Counted from the stretch's first letter, positions 27,867 through 39,046 are shown. The stretch is 64,000 bases of DNA from Candidatus Eiseniibacteriota bacterium (GCA_963792585.1 CAWBWI010000004.1:64554-128553); one strand, 5' to 3'. Translations and numbers: made by a program. Notes: generated from the letters alone by a model not told the origin.

Positions 27867-29044
27867 AGTTCCCCCGCGGCCGATTTCGGGGTCCGCGGTC
27901 GGGGGGCGGAGCGGCATGCTCGTGGGCGGCATCGTCCGGTCCCGGGACGAGCCCTTCGCCGATTCTCCTGATCGCGCGCACGATACGATCGGTCGCATCG
28001 GGCCGGGAGAGCTTCATGGCCTGGATCGACATCATCCGCAGGCGACGCGGCTCGTCGAGAAGCTCCAAGATCTTGCGCGGCCAGGCGTTCTCCGGTCAGC
28101 TCATCGTCGGGGATGAGGATCGCCGCCCCCGCGTCTACGGGAATCTCCGCGTTGAGGGTCTGGTGGTTGGCCGTCGCGTAGGGATAGGGGACCAGGATCG
28201 CCGGCCGGCCCGTCCCAGCCAGTTCAGCCAAGGTCAACGCGCCGGCCCTGCACACCACGAGATCGGCGATCGCGTACGCGTCCCCCATGTTCAGGATGAA
28301 CGGGCGCACCCAGGTTCGCACCTGCACCCCGCGACAGCGGTCGAGCATCCAGGCATGATCCTTCTGCCCCGCTTGAATGACAAACTGCACATCTCCACGG
28401 GCCGCAAAGCGGGGAAGGGCGTCCGCCACCGCCTCGTTGAGTTTGTGGGCCCCCTGGCTGCCGCCGAATACGAGGATCGTCCTGCGGTCATCCTCGAGAC
28501 GGAACAGGCGCAGGGCCTTCCCCCGACTCCCCTGCACGATTCCCTCGCGGAGTGGCACGCCGGAGAGGCGCAGATGGCCGCGTCGCGGGAAATGGCAGCG
28601 CGAGGCGCTGTAGGTGATGTGCACCTCGCGGGCGAAGCGGCTCGCAATCCGATTCGTGAGCCCGGGGACCGTGTTCTGCTCGTGGAGGATCACGGGGACC
28701 CTCGCCAGCCAACCTGCGGCGAGGATCGCGGCGGAGGCGAAGCCGCCGGTCGCGAAGATCACGTCCGGCTTCCAGGAGTCGAGGATCTCCCGCGCCTTGA
28801 GAAGCGACCGGAGGTTGGCGAAACCGGCCTGAAACAGGCGCAGGGAAAAGCGCCTCGGGAGACTCATCGCCGGAAGGCCCTTGAACGCGTAACCGGCCTG
28901 CGGAACCGCGGTCGCCTCGAGCCCGGTCGCGGAACCGACGAATAGAATCTCCGGTGGCGGCAAGAGCTTCACCAGCGTATCGGCGACGGCGAGCGCCGGG
29001 AAGAGATGGCCTCCGGTTCCGCCGCCGGTGATCAGGACCCTCAT
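27844..29044 (-). pseudogene. murG: murG (UDP-GlcNAc:lipid I transferase), interrupted by one +1 frameshift near 28078
   Basis: [19 protein letters not shown]...GGSQGA...ATANHQTLNA is read in the frame of ORF 27785..29071. The conserved C-terminus (ILELLDEPRRLRMMSIQAMKL) continues in ORF 27844..28068. Removing one base in GCGCGG restores ERLARKILELL. Confidence 0.85.
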
Positions 29045-30159
29045 CCGCGGATTCCCCCGATCGAGGACCAATCACGCCCGCGCGATCCCAGCGAGCGCTT
29101 CGCGACGGACATGAGGACACCGACCGCCAGCAGGTTTGCCATCAGCGACGATCCACCGCAGCTCATGAAAGGCAAGGGCACCCCCGTAACCGGTCCGACT
29201 CCAAGGTTGACCACCGTGTGGACGATCACATTGAGGGCGAGGTTCAGGGTGAGGCCTGCGGCCAGTAGGCTTCCAAACCTGTCGGGCGCGCGGCGCGCCG
29301 TTGCGATTCCCATCACGATCAGGACCGCGTACGCCGCCAGGAGCAGCGACATGCCGACGAGCCCCGTCTCCTCCCCCACGATGCCGAGAATGAAGTCGGT
29401 ATGCGGAAAGGGCAAGAAAAAGTACTTCTGGAGCCCCTTGGCGAGGCCCATGCCGAACACCCCTCCGGACCCGACCGCGGTGATGCTCTGTTCCCGCTGC
29501 CAGCTGGATTCGGTGCCTGCCATTCCGAGGATGTCTCGGATTCGGTCCCACTGATAGTCCCTCATGACGAGGAGCGCCGCGCCCGCGACGAGAATCGTTC
29601 CCGCGAGCAGCCAGCGCTTCTTCGCGCCGACCAGGTAGAGCAGGATGAGGCCGAGCATGAAGATCAGAATCGCCATCGACAGGCTCGGCTGAAGCGCAAC
29701 CAGTCCGGCCGTCGCGAGCGCCACCCCCGCGGGGATCATGAGGATGCGCGGTCGCGTCTCGATCTCGCGTTCCTTGCGGCTGAGGTAGGAGGCGAGGAAG
29801 ATGGCCAGCGCGACTCGCGCGAACTCCGACGGCTGGATCGTGAAGCCGAGGAATTGGTACCAGCGGAAGCCATGGAGGAAGACGAGAAACGCGAGGCTCG
29901 TCAGCACGGCGGCCATCAGTCCCAAGGTGATCCTGCGGCCGAAGTGATGGTAGTCGAACTGCCAGAAGCAGAGCAGGAGGATCAGTCCCGCGATCAGCTT
30001 GGGCAGCTGCGCCTCCAGGAAGAGGGAGGGGGAGTTCGCTTGCGCGATTCCCAGCACCGAGCTTGCCGAGTAGACCATCACGAGCCCGAATGCGCTGATC
30101 CCGAGCACCATCGCCAGGATCACCCGCTCAGGGCGGGCGGCCAAGGACGAGACCTTCAT
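29041..30159 (-). CDS. ftsW: SEDS peptidoglycan polymerase FtsW
   Basis: This is the intact 372-aa tail of the 755-aa track ORF, starting at the ATG at 30159 (ATGA overlap with the murD stop). ~10 TM helices, with LVMVYSASS and PFMSCGGSSL motifs. Confidence 0.9.
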   Translation of the reverse strand: MKVSSLAARPERVILAMVLGISAFGLVMVYSASSVLGIAQANSPSLFLEAQLPKLIAGLILLLCFWQFDYHHFGRRITLGLMAAVLTSLAFLVFLHGFRWYQFLGFTIQPSEFARVALAIFLASYLSRKEREIETRPRILMIPAGVALATAGLVALQPSLSMAILIFMLGLILLYLVGAKKRWLLAGTILVAGAALLVMRDYQWDRIRDILGMAGTESSWQREQSITAVGSGGVFGMGLAKGLQKYFFLPFPHTDFILGIVGEETGLVGMSLLLAAYAVLIVMGIATARRAPDRFGSLLAAGLTLNLALNVIVHTVVNLGVGPVTGVPLPFMSCGGSSLMANLLAVGVLMSVAKRSLGSRGRDWSSIGGIRG

Positions 30160-31553
30160 CGATTCTCCCCCTGGGATGCGCGCTCCCGCACGAGTTCGCG
30201 GAAGCGGTCCCCTCTGTCCTCGTAGTTCTTGAATTGATCGAAGCTCGCGCAGGCGGGCGAAAGCAGGACGATCTCGCCCGGCGATGCGATTGCGGCGGCG
30301 CGATCGAGCGCGGCGGCAAGGTCGGGCGCGAGGTCGCAGAGATCCGCGCCCCACTGTTCCCGGATCGACGCGGCCGATTCGCCGAAGAGCAGCACGCGCC
30401 GGCAGCGGTTGCGCACATGTGCGGCCAGCGGCCGGAAGTCCTGTCCCTTGTCCCGCCCGCCCGCCAGGAGGATCAGGGGTTCGTCGAATGCGTCGAGAGC
30501 GATCGCGGTGGAGTCGGTGTTCGTCGCCTTCGAGTCGTTCACGTAGCGGACTCCGTCGATCGCCCCGACCCTCTCGAGCCGGTGGGCGAGGCCGGGGAAT
30601 CCGCGAAGCGAGGCGACAAGCCCCTCTTCGGGAAGGCCGAGCGGCGCCACCAAGCGCGAGGGCGGCCAGCGCGTTGGCCTGATTGTGGCGACCCGGAAGG
30701 GAGAGTTCCGGGGCCGGGCATAGAAACGTCTCGTCGCCCTCCAGGCGGATTCCGATCCTGCCATCGCGGATGAAGGTTCCCTCCTCGCCCCGATCCCCCA
30801 GACGGAATCGGAGGATGCGGGAGCGGAAACGGCGGCGCACGTCATCGGCGATGTCGTCGTGTTCGCCGATGACCGCGTGATCGAGGGAGGTCTGATTCCT
30901 GAAGATCCGCATCTTCGCCTCTCGATAGGAGGCGAGATCGGGGTGGCGGTCGAGATGGTCCGGCGTGAAGTTCAGAATCGCGGCGCCGAGCGGGTGGAAC
31001 GTCTCGACGTCTTCGAGCTGGAAGCTCGAGACCTCCGTGACGTAGACGGCCCCGTCCTCCGGCGCGCAGCACCCCGTCGGAGATCGGCCGGCCGATGTTG
31101 CCGACCATCTCGTGGGCGCGGCCGCAGCGCGCGAACATGTCGGCCGTCCACGCGGTGGTGGTCGACTTGCCGTTCGTCCCGGTGATCGCCGAGGATCGGC
31201 CCGCGGGTGAACCATGAGGCGAACTCGATCTCGCTCACGACCTCGATTCCGCGCGCGCCGCGCTTCGGAGAGGAAGGCGATCTCGCCGGGAACGCCCGGG
31301 CTCTTCACGATCGAGGGCGCAGCCCATCCAGCGCCTCGATCGGGTGCGGTCCCCAGAGGAAGCGCACGTCGGCCGCCTGGAGCTGCGCGATCTCGGCGGC
31401 CGATGCCGCCGGGCTCTTCAGGTCGAGCCCCGAGGGGAGCGCTCCCTCCCGCAGGCAGAGGCGGATTGCGCCCAGACCGGAGCGCGCCATCCCGAGTACC
31501 AGGATGCGCTGCCCGCGGATGCTCCGCGCACTCCCCGCGCCACTCCCGGTCAT
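30156..31553 (-). pseudogene. murD: murD (UDP-MurNAc-L-Ala--D-Glu ligase), at least 5 frame changes
   Basis: Conserved segments sit in three frames: [10 protein letters not shown]; KSPGVPGEIAFLSEARR; IEVVSEIEFASWF..PILG; ITGTNGKSTTTAWTADMF; VYVTEVSSFQLED...GRHNQANALAA; PGLAHRLE...YVNDSKATN. The switches are near 31310, 31250, 31190, 31060 and 30655. Confidence 0.85.
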
Positions 31554-32637
31554 TGCAGCTTCACCGTCGAGAGGGTGAGGAGCGCCAGCAGAATGGCGAC
31601 GATCCAGAAGCGAACGACGACCTTCGTCTCGGGCCAGCCCGAGAGTTCGAAGTGGTGATGGATGGGGGCCATCCGGAGGACCCGCTTGCCCCTCCAGCGA
31701 TAGCTCAGCACCTGCGCGACGACGCTGAGCGTCTCGATGACGAAGAGTCCTCCGACGATGACCAGCAGCAGCTCGCGCTTCACCAGCATCGCCATGGCCC
31801 CCAACGATCCGCCCAGCGCAAGGGATCCGGTGTCTCCCATGAAGACCTCGGCGGGGTGCGCGTTGTACCACAGGAAACCGAGGCTCGCCCCGAAGAGCGC
31901 GCCCGCGTAGACGGTCAACTCCCCGCATCCCTCGAGATAGGGAATGTTCAGGTACTTCGCGAACACTGCGTTTCCGCTCACGTATGCCAACCCGCCGAAC
32001 GCGATCGCGGGCGGGATCACCATCCCGATGGCCAGTCCGTCGAGACCGTCGGCGAGATTCACCGCGTTCGACGTCGCCGTGATCACGAGGATCACGAACG
32101 GGATGTAGAGATAGCCGAGGTCCAGGAAACGCCCTTTCAGGAACGGAATGGTCGTTCGGGTCGTCATGTCGCCGTAGGCATGGGTGAGGACGATGATCAG
32201 CCCCACGCCGGCGCCGATCAGAATCTGCCCGACGATCTTGTATCGTCCCCGCAGACCTTTGGGGACCTGCTTCACGATGCGGAGGTAGTCGTCGAGGAAC
32301 CCGAGCAGGCCGAGACCGGCCGTCACGATCAGCATCACCCAGACGCCCTTGCTCGAGAGGTTCGCCCATAGCAGCGTGGGGATGATGATCGATGCGAGGA
32401 TCAAGAGCCCCCCCATCGTCGGCGTCCCCTGCTTGCCCGAGATGCGAACTCGGGCCGTCCGTGCGGATCACCTGCTCCAGACGCATCGCCCGCAGGCGCG
32501 CGATCAACCACGGACCGAGCAGGAAGCTCAGAAGAAGCGCGGTGATCGTCGCGTAGGTCGTGCGGAAGGTGATGTACCGGAAGACGTTCAGCGCGGAGAA
32601 CTGAGTCGCGCAGCGGATAGAGCAGTTCATACAGCAT
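31550..32637 (-). pseudogene. mraY: mraY (phospho-MurNAc-pentapeptide translocase), two +1 frameshifts in the first 75 codons
   Basis: MLYELLYPL (from 32637), [18 protein letters not shown] and [11 protein letters not shown]... lie in three frames, with switches near 32608 and 32433. The remaining 288 aa (31550..32416) are intact. Confidence 0.87.
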
Positions 32638-32643
32638 CCGCGA

Positions 32644-34044
32644 TCACTCCCCCTGCGCGGCGCGCAGCGCCAGGCACTCTTCGAAGACCTTCTCCATCGC
32701 CGTCGAGGCGCGAGCCCTTGAACAGCACGACATCCCCCTGCACGGAGTCTCGGCGCCAGATCGGCCGCCAACTCCTTCCGGTCCGCATACAGACGCGCCG
32801 GCCGTCCGGCCCCCGCACCCTTCCCATATGCCTCGAGTGCCGGGGCGCACGCATCTCCCAGGAAGAACGCGCCGTCGAAGCCGGCCGCCCGCTCACCGAC
32901 GAGTCGGTGCGCCTCCTCGGATCGTTCCCCGAGCTCGCGCATCTCGCCGAATGCAAGCCAGCGCCGCCCCGCGCACGCGACCGACAACGAGGAAGTCGAT
33001 CGCAAGCAGCGATCGACTCCGGGCTTGCGTTGTAGCAGTCCAGGATCGCGGTCGCGGGCCCGAGCGGAACGCGGCTCCATCCGAAGGGGGCGCGGCCTGG
33101 CCAGTTCCAGAGCCCGCCGCGCCTGATCTCCCGGAACCCCGAGCGTTCGCGAAACGAGACACGCGGCGGCGGCCGCGTGGAGGGCCCCCCGGCCGGGGCA
33201 AGCATACCGCACCGGCCCGGTGAACGGGCTCTCGAAGCGCGTCTCGGCGAGATTCCACTCGATCCGTTCCGGGTAGAAAACCGCGCCGGGCTCGAGACCG
33301 AAGGTCAGACGCGTGCGCGCGCGGATCGGCTCCGGCAGTCGCGCGATCATCCACGGGTCAGCAGCGTGGAAGCAGCGTCCCCCCCGGTTCGAGCCCGGCC
33401 AGGGCATCCAGCTTCTCCGCGAGGATCGCCTCGCGCGTCCCGAACGCGCCGATGTGGGCCCAACCGATCGTCGTGATGACGACGTGGCGCGGGCGGGCGA
33501 GGAGGGAGAGCGGCGCGATCTCTCCCGGATGGTTCATCGCGATCTCGACGACGGCCCAGCGGTGTCCCCGCGTCACGCCCAAGAGGGTGATCGGCACGCC
33601 GAGGTGGTTGTTCAGATTCCCGGGCGTCGCGTGGACCGCTCCCTGGGTCTCCAGGAGCGACGCGATCCGGTCCTTCGTCGTCGTCTTTCCGCTCGAGCCG
33701 GTCACCACGATCACGCAGGCATCCATCGTCGCGCGGTGCGCCGCGGCCCAGCGGTGCAGACCCGCGATCGTGTCGGGCACGCGGACCAAGGCGAATCCAC
33801 CCGGGACCTCGACGGCGCGGCCTTCTTCCACGATCGCCGCGGCCGCCCCACGCGCGGCGGCGTCGGCGACGTATGCGTGCCCGTCCCTTCCTTCGCCGCG
33901 CACGGCGAGGAAGATCGAGCCGTCGCTGAGCGTGCGCGTGTCGATCGATACGGCTCCGGGAGCCACGATCCGTTCCGGATCGGCCGCATTCTCGAGCCGG
34001 CCGCCGCACATCTCCGCGATGCGGGCGAGCGTCGTTCCGTTCAT
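32644..34044 (-). pseudogene. murF: murF (UDP-MurNAc-tripeptide--D-Ala-D-Ala ligase), at least 5 frame changes in the C-terminal half
   Basis: The N-terminal 230 aa are intact (TGSSGKTTTKD). The later segments NADDPWM..., [44 protein letters not shown] and ASTAMEKV alternate between frames, with switches near 33365, 33075, 33000, 32745 and 32715. Confidence 0.83.
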
Positions 34045-35531
34045 GCCGTCCACCCGAGTACGGCGAGGAGGCGGCGCGCCACCTGGCGATCATCGAACGC
34101 GTGCCGTGCCCCCGCGATCTCCTGATAGGTCTCATGCCCCTTTCCGGCGATGAGCAGCGTGTCGCCGGGTCGGGTCCGCGCGATCGCCTCCCGGATCGCC
34201 TCCTCCCGATCGACGCGGACCAGGCCCGGTTCGCGTCCCTGCGCGCGCACCCCCTGGACGATCGCCTCCACGATCGCCTCCGGCGGTTCGCTCCGCGGGT
34301 TGTCGCTCGTCACGATCACCTCATCCGCGCCGCGGGCGGCGATCGCGCCCATCTGCGGCCGTTTGCCCGCGTCGCGGTCTCCCCCGCAACCGAACAGGAC
34401 GATCAGACGGCCGGGTGTGAGCGCGCGCAGCGCGGCGAGCGCTCGGTCGAGGGCGTCGGGCGTATGGGCGAAGTCGACGACGACCAGGAACGGCTGACCC
34501 CGTTCGATCCGCTCCATCCTCCCGGGAACTTGGATCCCGTCGGCGAGGGCCGCCTCGACCGCGTCCGCCGGAAGATCGAGGGCAAGCGCGGTCGCATAGG
34601 CGGCGAGAAGGTTCCAGCCGTTGAAGCCACCCACGAGCGGTGAGACGAGCTGCCGCGTGCCGTGAGGGGTCGAGAGACGAAGTCGGATGCCCTCGGGGCG
34701 CGCATCGAGTTCCTCGAGCCGCACCCGAGCATCCGGCGCCGTTCCGTAGCCGAGGATCGGATCGCTCGTCCCGGCGGTCAGCGCGGCGGTCGCGGGGTCA
34801 TCGAGGTTCACGACTGCGATGGATGCCGCGTCATCGCCGCGGCCGGCCGGATGGAAGAGCCGCCGCTTGGCCTCTCGGTACGCCTCGAAGGTCCCATGGT
34901 AGTCGAGATGGTCGCGGGTCAGGTTGGTGAAGACCACGGCCCGGAAGCGGCTGCCGTAGGTTCGATCCTGATCGAGGGCGTGCGAAGAGACCTCCGCGGC
35001 GACGGCGCGGATACCGTCCCGGACCAGTTCGCGCAGGGTTTCCTGGAAGCGTGGAGCATCGGGGGTCGTGTGGGTCGCCGCCCCCAGCGCTCCGGGCCTG
35101 CCGGTTCCGAGCGTCCCCGAAACCGCCGCGGGAATCCCGCAGCGATCGAGGATCGCCTGAAGCAGCCAGCTCGTGGTGGTCTTGCCGTTGGTGCCGGTGA
35201 TCCCGATCAGGGCGAGTTCGCGGGAGGGGTTGCCCTGCAGGCGGGCGCTCAGCAGCGCGGAGGCCTTGCGGGGATCGGTCACTGCGAGATAGGGAAGCGC
35301 TCCCGATGCGGGGGCGGCCCCGACGGCCGCGCGCGCGCCGCGCGTCGCGGCCTCGCCGAGATAGGCGCGCCCGTCCTCGCGGGTGCCGGGAATCGAGACG
35401 AAGAGGGCGGGGCGCGTGATGCGGCGGGTGTCCTGCTCGATCTGCGCGATCTCCCCGTTCGGCCAGTTCTTTGGAATGTCGGCGTCGAGCAGCCCCCGCA
35501 AGATCGCGGGGACATCCTCGAAGCAGATCAC
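34041..35531 (-). CDS. murE: UDP-MurNAc-L-Ala-D-Glu--2,6-diaminopimelate ligase
   Basis: 496 aa and intact. GITGTNGKTTT and DFAHTPDAL motifs. GTGA overlap with the ftsI stop. Confidence 0.92.
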   Translation of the reverse strand: MICFEDVPAILRGLLDADIPKNWPNGEIAQIEQDTRRITRPALFVSIPGTREDGRAYLGEAATRGARAAVGAAPASGALPYLAVTDPRKASALLSARLQGNPSRELALIGITGTNGKTTTSWLLQAILDRCGIPAAVSGTLGTGRPGALGAATHTTPDAPRFQETLRELVRDGIRAVAAEVSSHALDQDRTYGSRFRAVVFTNLTRDHLDYHGTFEAYREAKRRLFHPAGRGDDAASIAVVNLDDPATAALTAGTSDPILGYGTAPDARVRLEELDARPEGIRLRLSTPHGTRQLVSPLVGGFNGWNLLAAYATALALDLPADAVEAALADGIQVPGRMERIERGQPFLVVVDFAHTPDALDRALAALRALTPGRLIVLFGCGGDRDAGKRPQMGAIAARGADEVIVTSDNPRSEPPEAIVEAIVQGVRAQGREPGLVRVDREEAIREAIARTRPGDTLLIAGKGHETYQEIAGARHAFDDRQVARRLLAVLGWTA

Positions 35532-37735
35532 CGGGCTTCCTCGCGCATCTTGACGAATGCGGAGCAGGAATCAGGCGCCAGATCGATGTGGAGTGTACGC
35601 GAGCCGTCGAGCGGCGATCCCGCGGGGGGATCTTGCGCGACGATCCAGCCCGATCCGCGGACGTCGAGCGCGAGGTCCTGTCCCCGCGCGCGGACGATCG
35701 CGTCGCGCAGGGAAAGCCCGATCAGGTCGGGGATCCCGCCGGTCACGCCCAGGCTGTCTCCGGGGTCGGAGAGGACGCAGGTGACCGTGTCGCCGATCCT
35801 GCAACGGGAACCGGCCGCCGGAATCGTCTTGAGAACGAGCTCGCCGTGCCCGACGAAGTTCGGCTCGAGTTGATCGCGACGGAGCAGCTTGCGCGCCAGA
35901 CGCGGCGAGGTCCCCACGACGCGCGGGACGCTGGTGGTCGGCTCCGGCTCGTGGACGACCCACTGGATGCTGTCCGTCGGATTGTCGGTCGGACGCCGAT
36001 CGAGCCCGGCGATATCATCCACGATCCGAGAAAACACCGGCGCCGCGACGCTGCCACCCCAGATGGACCCCCGCGGCTCGTCGAGGACGACGGCGCAGAG
36101 CCAGCGGGGGCGATCATACGGCGCGAACCCGACGAAGCTCGCGATGTAGCGTTCCTTGCTGTACTGGTTGAGCTCTCGAATGTACTTCTGCGCGGTCCCC
36201 GTCTTGCCGGCGGGCTGAAGTCCCTTGACCTCGGCCGGCTTCCCGGTGCCCTCGGTCACCACGCCGCGGAGCATCTCGCGAAGCGCGCGCGCCGTCTGGG
36301 GACGCATCGCGCGTCGGACGATCTCCGGTTCACGGGACTCGCGAACCGAGCCGTCCGGCTCGCGAACCGAGCGGACCAGGAAGGGCCGCATCAGGAGGCC
36401 GTCGTTGGCGATCGCGCCGTAGGCCATCGCCAGCTGCAGGGCCGTGCAGGAGACTTCCTGACCGAACGCCTGGGTCACGAGCGACCGCGCGCTCCAGGAG
36501 GAGGGGTCGGGGATCCATCCCCTCTCCTCGCCCGGGATCTCCACCCCCGTGGGAATCCCGAATCCGAGGAGTCGCTCCATGCGAAAGAACCCCTCTCCTC
36601 CGGCCTTCTCGGCGATCACGCCCGTGCCCACGTTGCTGCTGTGGGCGAGCACGAGTCTCGCGGGGATGACGCCGTACGGTTCGTGGTCGCTGATCTCGCC
36701 GCCGGGAACCCTGCGGCACCCGTTGTAGCAGTTGATGAGATCGTCGGGGTGGACCACTCCTGCTTCGATCGCCGCGGCGAATGCGACGATCTTGTACGTC
36801 GAGCCGGGCTCATAGTTGTGCGTGACGGCCCAGACCTTCAGCGCCAGACTGTCGGCCTTTCCCACAGCGTCGGGATCGAAGCCGGGGAAGGAACTCAGGG
36901 CCAGGATCTCGCCGGTCTTCGGGTCGATGAGGATCGCGGTTCCGCCGCGCGCGTTCTGCTCCTCGACGACCTCCCGCAGACGCGCGTCCACGATCTGTTG
37001 AAAGCGCGCATCGATGGTCAGCTCGACCGTCGCGCCGATCATCGGTTCGGCGAGCACGACCCTTCCGGGACCCTGATGCAGATCGGGACGGCAGGAGCGA
37101 AAGTCCAGCACGCGCCCGTTCGTACCCCGGAGGTACCGCTCATAGCGGCCCTCGAGGCCGAAGAGGCCGAGGCCGTCGACGCCGGTCGCGCCGAGCAGCG
37201 GCGCCGCGACGGGGCCGAGGGGGTAGAGCCGCTTGGGTTCCCGGGTGCGAATCACAGCCCGGCCGAAGCGCGCTTCCAGAGAGCAGGCGAGGGCCTCGCG
37301 AACGCTCCGCCGGGTCAGCCATGCGAAGCGCGGGCTGGGTGACGATGCGATCTGAGCGCTGACCTTCGCGGCGGGCATGATCCCGCGCTCTTCCATCCAC
37401 TGCGCCAACGTGTCCGGCCTGCCCAGGAGTTTCGGGTCGACGGCCAGCGAACTGCCCTCCACCGAGAAGGCGATCGGCTGTCCCGCGCGGTCCAGGATCG
37501 GTCCGCGCAGGCTCGGGATCGAGCCGATCTCGGTCTGCTGCTTGCGCGCCTTCTCCGCCAACGAGACGTGGCCGACGGTCGTCAGGAAGGCGGCCCGCAC
37601 CCAGAGAAGGGAGAGGGCGATGAGCATCCCGATCCCGATGATCCGGAGACGATCCGTTCTAGCGGGCACGGACCGTCCCTTCGTCCGTCGCGGGCTGGGC
37701 CTGGGCAACACCCGTGCGGAAGAGGCGCTCCGCAC
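35528..37735 (-). CDS. ftsI: peptidoglycan D,D-transpeptidase FtsI (PBP3) with two C-terminal PASTA-like repeats
   Basis: 735 aa. N-terminal TM helix, PBP dimerisation domain, and transpeptidase motifs (STYK, SSN, KTGTA). An alternative GTG start at 37669 is closer to the ftsL stop. Confidence 0.9.
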   Translation of the reverse strand: MRSASSARVLPRPSPRRTKGRSVPARTDRLRIIGIGMLIALSLLWVRAAFLTTVGHVSLAEKARKQQTEIGSIPSLRGPILDRAGQPIAFSVEGSSLAVDPKLLGRPDTLAQWMEERGIMPAAKVSAQIASSPSPRFAWLTRRSVREALACSLEARFGRAVIRTREPKRLYPLGPVAAPLLGATGVDGLGLFGLEGRYERYLRGTNGRVLDFRSCRPDLHQGPGRVVLAEPMIGATVELTIDARFQQIVDARLREVVEEQNARGGTAILIDPKTGEILALSSFPGFDPDAVGKADSLALKVWAVTHNYEPGSTYKIVAFAAAIEAGVVHPDDLINCYNGCRRVPGGEISDHEPYGVIPARLVLAHSSNVGTGVIAEKAGGEGFFRMERLLGFGIPTGVEIPGEERGWIPDPSSWSARSLVTQAFGQEVSCTALQLAMAYGAIANDGLLMRPFLVRSVREPDGSVRESREPEIVRRAMRPQTARALREMLRGVVTEGTGKPAEVKGLQPAGKTGTAQKYIRELNQYSKERYIASFVGFAPYDRPRWLCAVVLDEPRGSIWGGSVAAPVFSRIVDDIAGLDRRPTDNPTDSIQWVVHEPEPTTSVPRVVGTSPRLARKLLRRDQLEPNFVGHGELVLKTIPAAGSRCRIGDTVTCVLSDPGDSLGVTGGIPDLIGLSLRDAIVRARGQDLALDVRGSGWIVAQDPPAGSPLDGSRTLHIDLAPDSCSAFVKMREEAR

Positions 37736-38090
37736 GGCGGACGACGGATCTATCCGCGACCTCGCTTTCCGTCCGCTCCGCGACCTGGACCGTAGGCGCG
37801 GGCGCGAAGATGTAGCGTTGGTCCCGACCCGCGACCTTCATCTTCCACCGGTCGCGCGCCTCCCGCTGAACCGCCGCGTAGTCGCAAGCGCGCTCGATCG
37901 AGACCTGCAGGTACGCCTCGTCGGCGAGGCGCTCGCTGAGCCCGCGTTCGAGAGCTTCGATGCGGGCCATGCGTTCCCGGTACTGGATCCGGACCGCAGT
38001 GATCGCGAGCGGAAAGACGAAAATGCACATGAACGGGAGTAGCCAGCGCACGCCCAAGCGGCGGATCCCCCCCTGCCTCACGCTTGCCAT
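37659..38090 (-). CDS. ftsL: cell division protein FtsL-like
   Basis: 143 aa. One TM helix (WLLPFMCIFVFPLAITAV) followed by a coiled-coil-like segment. It occupies the canonical position between rsmH and ftsI. Confidence 0.7.
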   Translation of the reverse strand: MASVRQGGIRRLGVRWLLPFMCIFVFPLAITAVRIQYRERMARIEALERGLSERLADEAYLQVSIERACDYAAVQREARDRWKMKVAGRDQRYIFAPAPTVQVAERTESEVADRSVVRRAERLFRTGVAQAQPATDEGTVRAR

Positions 38091-39046
38091 TGCGATGCCG
38101 TCCTTTCGAGGGCCCGCAACTTCGCGGAGCGGGCCCTAGGATTCGCGCGGATTTCTTCACGATCGGGGCGCAGGACGTGGCGGTGCAGCATCCGAAACGC
38201 CGGCGTTTCATCCGACGCCGCGGGGCGGCAGCGCGCCTTCACCCTTCTATCCGTCAGGGATTCGTAACTGATGACGACGAGGCGTCCCCCGGGAACCAGC
38301 CAGCGGGGCGCATTGTCGAGGAGCTCATCGAGCTCCTCGAGCTCGCCGTTGACCACGTAACGCAGGCTCTGGAAGATCCGGGACAGCTCCGAGGGGCCGC
38401 CCGGGATCGCGCGCGCGCGGCGCAACACGGATACGAGGTCCCCCGCCGTCAGGATCGGACGGGTCGCGCGCTCGCGAACGATCGCCCGCGCGGCGACGGC
38501 CGGGCGTCGGGTCTCGCCGAGTTCGCTGAAGATGCGCTCGAGCTCATCCTCGCTCGACTCCGCGACCACCGTCGCGGCGGTCAGCGAGCGGGTGCGGTCC
38601 ATCCGCATATCGAGCCGCGCACTCGGGTCGCGGTATTGCAGGCCGCGCTCCGGATCGTTCAGGGCGTCGGAGCTCAGACCAAGATCGACGAAGATGCCGT
38701 GGGCCGATTCTCCCGCGCGCTCGAGTTCGGCCCCGATCGAGGAGAAGGGCGCGTGGAAGAAGCGGACGCGCTCCCCCGCGTCCGCGAAGAGGGTGCGCGT
38801 GCGGGCGAGCAACTCGCCGTCCCAGTCGAAGCCCCAGAGGCGCCCTTCCGGGGAGATGCGATCCAGGAACGCGCGGAAGTGCCCCGCCCGGCCGAGGGTG
38901 GCGTCGATATAGAGACCCGCAGGGTCCCACACGAGGAAGTCGGCTGCGGCCGCCACCATCACCGGAATGTGCACGATGCAGTCCTTTGCGAATCGTTCCC
39001 TGCTGTTGCGTCGACGGCCGACGGGCGGGTTCGAGGGTCCAGCCAC
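38078..39046 (-). CDS. rsmH: 16S rRNA (cytosine1402-N4)-methyltransferase
   Basis: HIPVM...YIDATLGRAGH...DLGLSS...SYESLTDRRVK motifs (MraW family). The start may be internal to the 322-aa ORF. Confidence 0.9.
   Translation of the reverse strand: MAGPSNPPVGRRRNSRERFAKDCIVHIPVMVAAAADFLVWDPAGLYIDATLGRAGHFRAFLDRISPEGRLWGFDWDGELLARTRTLFADAGERVRFFHAPFSSIGAELERAGESAHGIFVDLGLSSDALNDPERGLQYRDPSARLDMRMDRTRSLTAATVVAESSEDELERIFSELGETRRPAVAARAIVRERATRPILTAGDLVSVLRRARAIPGGPSELSRIFQSLRYVVNGELEELDELLDNAPRWLVPGGRLVVISYESLTDRRVKARCRPAASDETPAFRMLHRHVLRPDREEIRANPRARSAKLRALERTASQWQA

Noticed and set aside
29041-33407. Apparent 755-aa and 700-aa minus-strand proteins (29041..31308, 31305..33407). The 605-aa ORFs 47539..49356 and 55003..56820 and the 763-aa ORF 43735..46026 are similar.
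   Set aside because: These are composite read-throughs. Only the C-terminal parts (ftsW, GT2, ribBA, GT2-PGT) or scattered segments (murD, murF, mraY) are real. The N-terminal parts are out-of-frame translations of upstream genes. I trimmed them to starts with an RBS or an NTGA overlap.
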